Positions 7,136-15,358 of a stretch of 15,496 nt of DNA are shown here, one piece after another. The notes beneath the pieces were generated by a model, which saw only the letters and a list, made by a program, of their open reading frames with translations, did not search any database and was not told the DNA's origin. Location of the stretch: contig JBEKES010000021.1 in NCBI GenBank assembly GCA_050013715.1, positions 1-15,496 on the forward strand. Direction: 5' to 3'. Every line of letters begins with the position of its first letter. Position 1 is the first letter of the stretch. The DNA comes from Candidatus Micrarchaeaceae archaeon (GTDB lineage Archaea > Micrarchaeota > Micrarchaeia > Micrarchaeales > Micrarchaeaceae). The translations under genes and the position numbers were made by a program.

Positions 7136-7218
7136 GCCGAAGTCGCCTAACCCGGCAGGGCGCCGGATTGCTAATCCGTGTCCGAAAGGACTTGGGGGTT
7201 CAAATCCCCCCTTCGGCG
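7136..7218 (+). tRNA. tRNA-Ser(GCT), no intron, CCA not encoded
   Basis: Acceptor GCCGAAG/CTTCGGC plus G discriminator; anticodon loop TTGCTAA; long variable arm GTCC-GAAA-GGAC; T arm GGGGG-TTCAAAT-CCCCC. Confidence 0.96.
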
Positions 7219-7263
7219 AATTAATAAAAGAAAAACTAATAAATATGATTCATATAAAGTATT

Positions 7264-8271
7264 GTGGAGAAGCAAGCTAAATCAAAACCTAAGCAAAAAG
7301 TAAAAGTGTTCTTAGGTCGTAAAATCTTTTTGGAAGAAGAACCCTACAAGAGTAAAAGGCATAAAATAACGTCACGTGTACAATATCAGAGACTAAAGGC
7401 AGAATACGAAACTGGAACGAAAATAAAAGAGTTAATAAATGAAATTGATTTTAAAACGCTTAAAAAACTATTTTCAGAAGAATATGAAAGAGCAGGCTTA
7501 GATCCACAAGGAATGAATTTTGTTGGGCCGAGACACATTTATAGCAATGCTGGGTGGAGTAATGCTGGATCTTATTATCCTGGACCAAATGTTATAGGGG
7601 TAGATGTTGGACACACAGAAAGCTACTATACAAATGATCAATTTGACAAAAAAATATTATTGCTTCATATACTATTTCATGAGGAAGCTCATGCTGTAGA
7701 AAAAGTAGAATGTCATATAGGAGAGAAAGAAGACAAAGATTACAATAACATGGGTTATGAGAAACAAAAACTAGAAAAAAATCCTAAAGGTCATAGCTCA
7801 AATATTGTAAAAAGATATTTTGAACTTTTTTCAGAAGGCGTTACGGATAAATTGGCCATGGAAATAACCGAAAAATATATTGATATAAAAAATTTAGCAA
7901 AAGAAGATGAAGTTATCAAATTTAAAAGGGATTTAAGGACGAAAGGCCCATATTGGTTTAATCAACACATTGTAGATGTATTCATAAGTAAACTTTCTCG
8001 TTCAAGTGGAATCTCTCCCAAAGTGGTTTGGGAAGCAATAAAGACAGGAGCTTTAAGGGGCGATAATCTCTATAGTGGTGAATTAAGGGAATTTCTTGAT
8101 TCAGAGGTTGGTGCAGAATTTATGGATTCTTTGGAAAATAACCGATTTATAACTAAAAAGGTTACTCATGAAAGATCAAAATCAGAACAGTTATTAAGAA
8201 ATGCAAAATACATTGTATTAAGATTAGTAAGGAATTTGAATGTCGGTAAATTCGATGAAGTAAGACCCTAG
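7264..8271 (+). CDS. Putative gluzincin-like zinc metallopeptidase
   Basis: ILFHEEAH (HExxH at 7678-7692) plus downstream FSEGVTD helix supplying the third ligand; no signal peptide or TM helix evident. Confidence 0.7.
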   Translation: MEKQAKSKPKQKVKVFLGRKIFLEEEPYKSKRHKITSRVQYQRLKAEYETGTKIKELINEIDFKTLKKLFSEEYERAGLDPQGMNFVGPRHIYSNAGWSNAGSYYPGPNVIGVDVGHTESYYTNDQFDKKILLLHILFHEEAHAVEKVECHIGEKEDKDYNNMGYEKQKLEKNPKGHSSNIVKRYFELFSEGVTDKLAMEITEKYIDIKNLAKEDEVIKFKRDLRTKGPYWFNQHIVDVFISKLSRSSGISPKVVWEAIKTGALRGDNLYSGELREFLDSEVGAEFMDSLENNRFITKKVTHERSKSEQLLRNAKYIVLRLVRNLNVGKFDEVRP

Positions 8272-8296
8272 CTAAGATTAATATATTTCCAAGCTC

Positions 8297-9700
8297 ATGT
8301 TATTATTGGTAGATACTATTCCAACCCAAACAGTTGAAGCACCTTCAAATAAAAAAGGCAGGGTTTCAAATCTAATGACCAGGGCATGGCAAAGAATGAG
8401 AGAAAACGATTCTCAAGCCAACCAACTAGATTCCTCCTACAATTTGAGTTCCTCTACACAAAGACAATTTTCAAAAATGTTAAAAAATTATGACACTGCT
8501 GCTACCAGGAAAGGAATATCTGATTCTATCAACTCAATGATAGACGATGCACGTAAATACTGCACCGATGAAAGTAGAATAGCATCTATTACTGAAGAAG
8601 CTGCCAAAAATCTTATAAATGAATTCAGTTCAAGAGCAGCAGAAAAATTCTTCAATAAAACTGCCGAAAAACTAAGAAAATACGTGCGAGAAGATAGTCG
8701 TGAAATAATATCAAGAAATGTTACCGAAATAGCATATGATCCTGCCTTCAAATATGACAGGATTTATTATAATTTAAAAAACTACAAAGAATCCAAACCT
8801 AATAAAATGGCTACTGATATGTACGAGAGATGTGGATTAGAACCGCAATTTACAAGGGCGGATTATGCGGCAAGTACCATTATCTGCATTTATGAAAATA
8901 ACAAAGAATATGAAACGTTCTTCAGAGATAAACTGGGTGTGAGATTTCCCGGAAAACCTTCATTTTTCCTGTATAACTTTGCAAGGCGCAACATCCGAGA
9001 TTTGAGCGTAAGTGGGGAGTTCGATTCCCAAAGCAGGGACATTTTAATTAATCCCTATATTTATTCTGCAGGTAGCCACGGTGTGTCACGTATTGCAATA
9101 CATGAACTTGTTCATTTTGTACAGTGCGGAGATAAGAGTGAAGAAGAATTTGAAAGCTATTCCAGACACCCCAATTCAAGCGTGCCAAATGATCCTAAAT
9201 TAGAAGAAATGCTAACCCATGTGGTCTATGAAGCAGGCACGCAATTAGGGGTATTTTTTTATGATATTGGATCATCCATATCTAAGAATAAATTTACTGA
9301 TTCATACCACATTCTAAAAGCAATGATAGAAGATTCAGACAACATACTTGATCCCTATAGAGATGATCTATCTATCCAAAGCGCCAAGGCATTGGTGGAA
9401 GCCATGTACAATGTGCTAAAAAATCCGAAGGATGGCAATCCTCACAAAGCGCTTTACGATCTGATAAAAAAAGACTATCCAAAAAGCTCACAAGTAAACT
9501 ATGGGATGAGTCTTGCATTGGCTTCTCTGGTATATACATGCAATGCATATGAAATGAGGGCAACCATCAGTGACCTAATGCAACTTGATGAACCATGCAG
9601 GGTCGTTGAGAAACTTTCACGCATAATCCAAAATGACGTAACTGGTGATATACTATACGGCATAAAGCATTTGGATATGCGCAGGAACATAATACCGTAA
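8297..9700 (+). CDS. Putative HExxH zinc metallopeptidase with N-terminal helical region
   Basis: GEFD...ILIN...IAIHELVHFVQ (HExxH at 9101-9115) and downstream VYEAGT. The start may be TTG 8306 (MVDTIP...) given the TATA at 8278-8285. Confidence 0.65.
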   Translation: MLLLVDTIPTQTVEAPSNKKGRVSNLMTRAWQRMRENDSQANQLDSSYNLSSSTQRQFSKMLKNYDTAATRKGISDSINSMIDDARKYCTDESRIASITEEAAKNLINEFSSRAAEKFFNKTAEKLRKYVREDSREIISRNVTEIAYDPAFKYDRIYYNLKNYKESKPNKMATDMYERCGLEPQFTRADYAASTIICIYENNKEYETFFRDKLGVRFPGKPSFFLYNFARRNIRDLSVSGEFDSQSRDILINPYIYSAGSHGVSRIAIHELVHFVQCGDKSEEEFESYSRHPNSSVPNDPKLEEMLTHVVYEAGTQLGVFFYDIGSSISKNKFTDSYHILKAMIEDSDNILDPYRDDLSIQSAKALVEAMYNVLKNPKDGNPHKALYDLIKKDYPKSSQVNYGMSLALASLVYTCNAYEMRATISDLMQLDEPCRVVEKLSRIIQNDVTGDILYGIKHLDMRRNIIP

Positions 9701-9746
9701 TAAAACGATTAGTTATACAAATAGCACCATTGAATATTACTTGTAA

Positions 9747-10817
9747 GTGTTGATGGTTTTGGGCATGGGAATTTTATCCATAATATTGTTTATAGTAGTA
9801 TTGATAATAATTGTAATAATATTTCTGCCTAAAATCATGCAAATATTCCAAATATCAAAAAGCATACTCTCCAATGGGAGCGAACCAAACCTTAATTTTT
9901 CAACCAATACGAATTCATTGGCAAACCAGACGATCTCAGAGGGACCGCTTGTCAATTATACGCTAAGCCTTATAAACAAGGACAGGAACGAGAATGGGTT
10001 TAGCAATGTCAGCTTATCAAGTGAACCTTCTGCACAGCAGCACGCGGACAGCATGCTGGAATACAATTACTTCTCGCACTGGGACATATACGGAATGAAG
10101 CCATACATGCGCTATACTCTATTGAATGGAAAAGGTGCAGTTGAGGAGAACGTGGCGTATACGAAATCGGGTGTCAGGGCATGCTTAGGAAGCATATGCT
10201 CTACCTATGGCAATCTCAACGTAACTGCAGCAATAGCACAGATGGAGTACAACATGGTTTACAACGATTCATTGTGCTGCAACAACGGCCATAGGTTCAA
10301 TATACTGGATCCTTACCATAATCAAGTCTCGATAGGAATCGCATACAACAGCACGACAGTGTATCTTGTAGAAGATTTCGTAAATAATTACATCTATTGG
10401 CTCAACAATACTCCCAGCTTCAATGGTAATGAAGTTCAATTGAAAGGCAGCATAGCGAACAATTATGTGCTTTCCAGCATTGAAGTTACCTATGATCCGA
10501 TTGTTTCCAATATGAGCATTGAGCAGCTTGACCAGACTCATTCCTATTCCTACGGCAATGCCATAGCTGGGATTTCAAGCAGTCCGCTCAATTACTATCC
10601 AAACCTCACTACCATAGATGCAGATAATTATTACACAAGCGGAAGCGATTTCCTTGTGGGTTTCAATATGGAAAAGCTAATACAGCAATACGGCTCTGGG
10701 GAATACACCATAGCGATATGGCTTGACAATTCTTCAGCGAACAGCAGTTTTATCGGCTCTACATACACCATTTTCATAAACAGCAACGGCAATGCATATG
10801 TTCCTTCAAACATATGA
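9747..10817 (+). CDS. Membrane-anchored CAP (SCP/PR-1) domain protein
   Basis: N-terminal TM helix; LINKDR, AQQHADSMLEYNYFSH, EENV and GHRFNILDP...VSIGIA CAP motifs; many N-x-S/T sequons. Start may be ATG 9753 or 9765. Confidence 0.9.
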   Translation: MLMVLGMGILSIILFIVVLIIIVIIFLPKIMQIFQISKSILSNGSEPNLNFSTNTNSLANQTISEGPLVNYTLSLINKDRNENGFSNVSLSSEPSAQQHADSMLEYNYFSHWDIYGMKPYMRYTLLNGKGAVEENVAYTKSGVRACLGSICSTYGNLNVTAAIAQMEYNMVYNDSLCCNNGHRFNILDPYHNQVSIGIAYNSTTVYLVEDFVNNYIYWLNNTPSFNGNEVQLKGSIANNYVLSSIEVTYDPIVSNMSIEQLDQTHSYSYGNAIAGISSSPLNYYPNLTTIDADNYYTSGSDFLVGFNMEKLIQQYGSGEYTIAIWLDNSSANSSFIGSTYTIFINSNGNAYVPSNI

Positions 10818-11114
10818 TCATTGGAGCATGTCTCCAAAAGAGCGCACAAAATACTTCATTGAATGCTTGAAAGCAATCCTACCATCCTTTGTAAGCGAGT
10901 AAACAATCGTCTTGCCTGTTTTCTTTCCTTCTATCAAGTTTCTTTCGCTCAAATCCTTTAGTGCAGGGTAGATAGTGCCAGCTTTTGGCTTGTCTCCTCT
11001 CCTCTTCTCCAATTCCTGTGCTAATTCCTCTCCATGCATCGGTTTTTTCGACAGCAAAAACAGTATCTGAAACGATAATAATCCTCTCATGTCACAGGCA
11101 TAGGTTTCATGCAT
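10818..11114 (-). CDS. PadR family transcriptional regulator
   Basis: RGLLSFQILFLLSKKPMHGEEL...GTIYPALKDL...YSLTKDG winged helix. Confidence 0.93.
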   Translation of the reverse strand: MHETYACDMRGLLSFQILFLLSKKPMHGEELAQELEKRRGDKPKAGTIYPALKDLSERNLIEGKKTGKTIVYSLTKDGRIAFKHSMKYFVRSFGDMLQ

Positions 11115-11132
11115 AGGCTCACTTATGATAAA

Positions 11133-11201
11133 TATAGGACATCATATATATTTAAATATTTATCTCTTCACTATATACTAGGATATATCGGACATCCGAT
11201 A
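11133..11201. promoter_or_regulatory. Two putative PadR operators flanking a palindromic TATA box
   Basis: TATCGGA-CA-TCCGATA (11186-11201, perfect 7-2-7 inverted repeat) and TATAGGA-CA-TCATATA (11133-11148, 13/16 match); ATATTTAAATAT palindrome at 11148-11159. Confidence 0.7.
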
Positions 11202-11215
11202 CATAGGTGAAATAA

Positions 11216-11356
11216 ATGTGTGAATATGGACCTGGAATGAGAAGCTTCCTAACAAGGGAAGAACGAATAGAATTACTTAAGGAATACAAGGAGTCTCTGG
11301 AAAAAGAGGCCAAGGGAGTCAGCGAGAGAATAAAGGAATTAGAGAAGGAGAAGTAA
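11216..11356 (+). CDS. Small coiled-coil protein, DUF5320-like (46 aa), not in the ORF track
   Basis: MCEYGPGMRSFLTREERIELLKEYKESLEKEAKGVSERIKELEKEK; strong AGGTGA SD at 11205-11210; divergent from padR. Confidence 0.85.
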   Translation: MCEYGPGMRSFLTREERIELLKEYKESLEKEAKGVSERIKELEKEK

Positions 11357-11378
11357 CTCCTTCTTTCTGTTTTTATTT
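11341..11378 (+). terminator. Hairpin plus T-rich tract
   Basis: GAAGGAG(11344-11350)-AAGTAA-CTCCTTC(11357-11363) followed by TTTCTGTTTTTATTT. Confidence 0.55.
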
Positions 11379-11438
11379 ATATTGCAATAATCTGCAGCAG
11401 CATTAGCTAAACTATAAATAAGGTTAGACCCAATTATA

Positions 11439-12434
11439 GTGAGTGGTTCATTGGCCTTGCGCGTTATAGAATATAGGCAGCTTATACAGATAATTGCCAT
11501 GTTCCTGATAGTTCAGTTTGCAGGGCTTCTTCTTGCTACCCAAATATTTACCGGAACGACTTTCATGCAGGTTCAGGGCGCACAGGAGATATCATCCACT
11601 TTCAATGTGCTGTTCTATCTTGCCTACATAGTAATATTCTCAGTAATTATAATACTCATAATGAAGATATACAAGGGCGACAAGCTGTTCCTGATCCTTG
11701 AGGGAGCTGTTGTCTTTGTTGCTTCGTTCATAGTGTTTCTTGTATCTTTTTCTGCATTGGAAGGCGCAGCATTCTCAAGTCTTTTCGGCAACACCAGCAT
11801 TGTGGTATTTGCCATTGCGGTAATATGCGCAATTGTGCTTGTAATACTGAAATACAAAAACCCAAGATTAAGGAACGTAACGGCAATAATCGCAAGCGTT
11901 GGGGTTGGACTGGTCCTTGGCGTGAGCTTCAGCTTCCTTGCAGCGTTTGTATTCATGATAATACTTGCCGTTTACGATTTCATTGCAGTTTTCATAACCA
12001 AGCACATGATTGCGCTTGGAAACATGGCCGTTGAAAAGAACCTCTCATTTCTAATAATGGTAAATGAAGTAGAAGCAATTCCTGTAAACTCTCTTAATAA
12101 AAAAGAAAAGAAGGAGTATGATCAATCTAAGAGTGAATTGAAAAAGCAGGGAGGCATAGTAACAAAGATAGTTAACAGCGACATGGTACCAGTTGCAGCA
12201 AGAACGGCATTGGGTACGGGAGACCTTGCGATGCCACTCATGCTTGCAATTGCAGCATACAAAGTGCACCTGAATTTTGTGCTGAGCTTTGTCATAATAA
12301 TAGGCGCATTGTTCGGACTGATACTTACAATGGGCATATTGAGAAAATACAAAAGGGCATTGCCTGCAATACCTCCGATACTATTTGGAATTGCTGTTGC
12401 ACTGCTGGTATATTTCGCAGTTACTATACTGTAA
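11439..12434 (+). CDS. Presenilin-family intramembrane aspartyl protease (PSH, A22)
   Basis: Multiple TM helices, LAVYDFIAVFITKHM (YD), LGTGD (GxGD) and LPAIP (PAL-like). Start uncertain (GTG 11439 or TTG 11451). Confidence 0.93.
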   Translation: MSGSLALRVIEYRQLIQIIAMFLIVQFAGLLLATQIFTGTTFMQVQGAQEISSTFNVLFYLAYIVIFSVIIILIMKIYKGDKLFLILEGAVVFVASFIVFLVSFSALEGAAFSSLFGNTSIVVFAIAVICAIVLVILKYKNPRLRNVTAIIASVGVGLVLGVSFSFLAAFVFMIILAVYDFIAVFITKHMIALGNMAVEKNLSFLIMVNEVEAIPVNSLNKKEKKEYDQSKSELKKQGGIVTKIVNSDMVPVAARTALGTGDLAMPLMLAIAAYKVHLNFVLSFVIIIGALFGLILTMGILRKYKRALPAIPPILFGIAVALLVYFAVTIL

Positions 12435-12483
12435 ATACCGAAACTAGTATAGAAGCTTTAAAATACTGCAATAAATAAATAAT

Positions 12484-13470
12484 ATGGGTGTAATGGTGGC
12501 AAAAGATAGCTGGGATATTGGTGCGACTATAGCGCTTATTGGCAGTTTCATAGTTATTTTGTATTCCATTTATTACATGCAGAGCCTTTCCTATGCGTTC
12601 GGCGTGTATTCAGGAATATCCCGTACGATCAGCTCCTATAACATAACCGCAAGCTCCACTGTTTTGGCTGCATTATCCCAATCGACAACAATAACTCTTG
12701 CGCTGCATTTGACCTATGTGATGATCGCGTTCGCTCTTGTGATGGCCGCTGTTTCCATGCTGTGGTTCTTCTCAAAGAGCTATGCGCGATACACTCCAGA
12801 AGTGCTCATAATATGCTCGATAATATATGCAATAATTGCCGCAATTCTTGAATACAACTTCAATTTCTCCAATTCGGTAAATTCATACGGCTCTTTTATT
12901 GGGGCCATTCTGATATTCACATCAGGCGTGTATTTCATAGTCAATGCGAACGCGAACAAGGTAACTGCGAAGAGATCAGTATCTCAAATATCGATAAATC
13001 CGGATACTCCCTATTCGAACATAAAGATAATATCAAATAAGCTGATGTCAAAGCTAAATGGCGATATAAAAATACTTGATATGCATTTCGATGCGGTTGC
13101 GCTCGACAATCTCATGCAATTGCTGGACAAGAACATGGGAAATTATACCCAAATAGAGGTTCTTGCGAAAAAGGACAGGCTCGGGGACAAGTTCACCAAA
13201 CTGTACAAGGATTTCAAGGCCGAACTAAACAACAAGAACATACAGTTCGAATTGAGAGTGCTTAGCGAGAAAGACGCGTTGAAGCAGCATGAGCGCGTCA
13301 TAATGGACAACAGCACCGCCTACAAGATACCACCTCTTAACATAATAAACAAGAAGAACGAGCACATAGTCGCCATAAAATACGATGAAGCCTCGAGGAA
13401 ATTCAATGACCTGTGGGCTGAAGCACAAAAGTACGAGAACATGCTGTCAGAATCTAACAATTTACAATAG
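12484..13470 (+). CDS. Four-TM membrane protein with C-terminal PLD-like (degenerate HKD, MITD1-C-like) domain
   Basis: About four hydrophobic helices in aa 1-155, then IKILDMHFD...IEVL...FELRV...HERVIMD...AYKIPPLN. This parallels the DPY...HDRxIxD...SLN pattern of non-canonical PLD-fold domains. Confidence 0.7.
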   Translation: MGVMVAKDSWDIGATIALIGSFIVILYSIYYMQSLSYAFGVYSGISRTISSYNITASSTVLAALSQSTTITLALHLTYVMIAFALVMAAVSMLWFFSKSYARYTPEVLIICSIIYAIIAAILEYNFNFSNSVNSYGSFIGAILIFTSGVYFIVNANANKVTAKRSVSQISINPDTPYSNIKIISNKLMSKLNGDIKILDMHFDAVALDNLMQLLDKNMGNYTQIEVLAKKDRLGDKFTKLYKDFKAELNNKNIQFELRVLSEKDALKQHERVIMDNSTAYKIPPLNIINKKNEHIVAIKYDEASRKFNDLWAEAQKYENMLSESNNLQ

Positions 13471-13509
13471 GCTTTTATAGTTATTATTAGAAAATATAAT
13501 GTTGATCAA

Positions 13510-15354
13510 ATGAGTGGGAAATATGCTTTAGGATTGTTAATGGTGCTCTTTGCATTTGCACTTTCATATTCAAGCGCAGCGCTGGTGGGAATTGCTTCCA
13601 TAAGGGCGCCTGCAGTTGTTCTGTCAAATAATACTGGCAGCTTGACAAACTTCACGCTTACAATAACAAATGGAACAGGCAATGTAATGGTAACTGGTCC
13701 TCAAATTGTTGGGGCATCAACTTTGCAGTCTGCACAAACGGCAGCAAAATACGCATCCAATTACACCAATAACAATTTCTCAAAATATAACTTCAATTAC
13801 AGCATAACCAATGCAGGGTCCAATGTATCAGGGCCCAGCGCAGGAGCAGCAATGACAATACTTGCCATATCTGCATTTTCGCACAGGCAATTAAGAAATG
13901 ATTTCACAATGACAGGAACCATTTCGCCAAACGGTGCCATAGGACCCATAGGCGGAGTGTACGACAAGGTAAATGCTTCCCACAATGCTGGGATGAAGCT
14001 TGTGCTGGTGCCTGCTGTGCCTGGCTCAAGCCAGGAAGACGAGTTGTATTATCTTGTGCAAACCAATTTCCAAATACCTCTGGTGCAAGTGGCAAACGTA
14101 TCCCAAGCTGCTTACTTTGCATTCAATCCCCAAATCAACGGCACGGCAAACGAGACCGGCTACAGCTTCTACAACAACTATGATGTTGCCTCTCTTCCGG
14201 AATCAAGCATAAACTGCACAGGATCGTGCAATTACACACTATTCTCAAAGCTGCTCAATGCTACCTACAACCTGGACCGCGGCGAAATAAACAATTTGAG
14301 CAGTGATCCAAGGTTTCTTAATGTGACAATTCAGCTCAACGATGCACTTAACCAGAGCATTGCAATCGGAAGCAAGAATTACTTATACACTTCAGCTGAT
14401 CTTGCGTTCCTGAATTACGTAAGCGCATACTTCTTCAATGGATATTCGACAAACAGGCCTGATGCGTTGGACAAGCTGGACAACATACAGAGCTTCTGCA
14501 ATTCATTAAGTCCTCCGCTGCTTACCACTACGAATTATGATTACGTCATAAGCGCGGAGTTAAGGCAGGGATGGGGCAACTACACAATAAACCAGACCAT
14601 AGGCGCATACAACCTCTCGCAGGTGGATTCCGACCAAATACTCGGAAGCCTTTATCTTGGAGCGCAAGCAAACGGATGGTGCACAGCTGCCAATCTTGTA
14701 TACAACGAAGCTGCAAGCAGCGGAAATAATTATGTAATATCTTCCAGCGCTCTCAAATCTGTTGCACTGGAAAGGATAAGCAGCGCACTGACCTATGGAC
14801 CATCGCTATACCTTGCAACTGCGCAAGCTGCATTCAGGCAGAACAACTATCCTGTTGCCATACTTGATTCCGATTATGCAATAGCTTTCGGGACTGCAGC
14901 TGCATCTTCCAATCTTTCGGTGCAAGTACTGGATAACAAATCATTGGCAATAATAAACAATTCGACCTATGGGGTATGGGCGACAGAGTTCAGCAAGGAG
15001 GCATTCTTCTATGTGACAGAATCAAGACTTACGGGCAATGCTACACTCGCAAAAACCTATGCGGAATCTGGCTATTCTGTGGCTCTTCTCGCGCAGCACA
15101 TAAGCAACGACACGGCAATAATATCCCAGAACCTTGTGCCGGAATCGCAGCAGCAGGTCCAGCAATCGCAGAATGTAGCATCGAATCAGAAAGCGCTTAA
15201 TTATCTTGCCTACAGTCAGCTTATTATATTAGTTCTAATAGTAATTATATTTGCCCTGCTTATACTAATAGTAATATTGCTGATCATAATCATGGGCAAC
15301 ATCTCAAATCACAATACGAGTCACAATAAACAAAGAAGGCAAAAAAGAAAGTGA
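13510..15354 (+). CDS. Exported, C-terminally anchored Lon-like S16 serine protease (no AAA+ domain)
   Basis: Signal peptide, APAV, VSGPSAG (catalytic Ser), MTGTISPNGAIGPIGGVYDK (catalytic Lys), helical region, Q-rich linker, C-terminal TM helix and basic tail RRQKRK. Confidence 0.9.
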   Translation: MSGKYALGLLMVLFAFALSYSSAALVGIASIRAPAVVLSNNTGSLTNFTLTITNGTGNVMVTGPQIVGASTLQSAQTAAKYASNYTNNNFSKYNFNYSITNAGSNVSGPSAGAAMTILAISAFSHRQLRNDFTMTGTISPNGAIGPIGGVYDKVNASHNAGMKLVLVPAVPGSSQEDELYYLVQTNFQIPLVQVANVSQAAYFAFNPQINGTANETGYSFYNNYDVASLPESSINCTGSCNYTLFSKLLNATYNLDRGEINNLSSDPRFLNVTIQLNDALNQSIAIGSKNYLYTSADLAFLNYVSAYFFNGYSTNRPDALDKLDNIQSFCNSLSPPLLTTTNYDYVISAELRQGWGNYTINQTIGAYNLSQVDSDQILGSLYLGAQANGWCTAANLVYNEAASSGNNYVISSSALKSVALERISSALTYGPSLYLATAQAAFRQNNYPVAILDSDYAIAFGTAAASSNLSVQVLDNKSLAIINNSTYGVWATEFSKEAFFYVTESRLTGNATLAKTYAESGYSVALLAQHISNDTAIISQNLVPESQQQVQQSQNVASNQKALNYLAYSQLIILVLIVIIFALLILIVILLIIIMGNISNHNTSHNKQRRQKRK

Positions 15355-15358
15355 TACA

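Noticed and set aside
7136..9740. Integrated element at tRNA-Ser
   Set aside because: No integrase or transposase, and no duplicated tRNA 3' end found in the window.
84..15200. Short overlapping or antisense track ORFs (e.g. 492-728, 3421-3663, 3772-4089, 8488-8751, 11624-11956, 13797-14212)
   Set aside because: They overlap well-supported genes, and I recognised no domains or initiation signals in them; treated as shadow frames.
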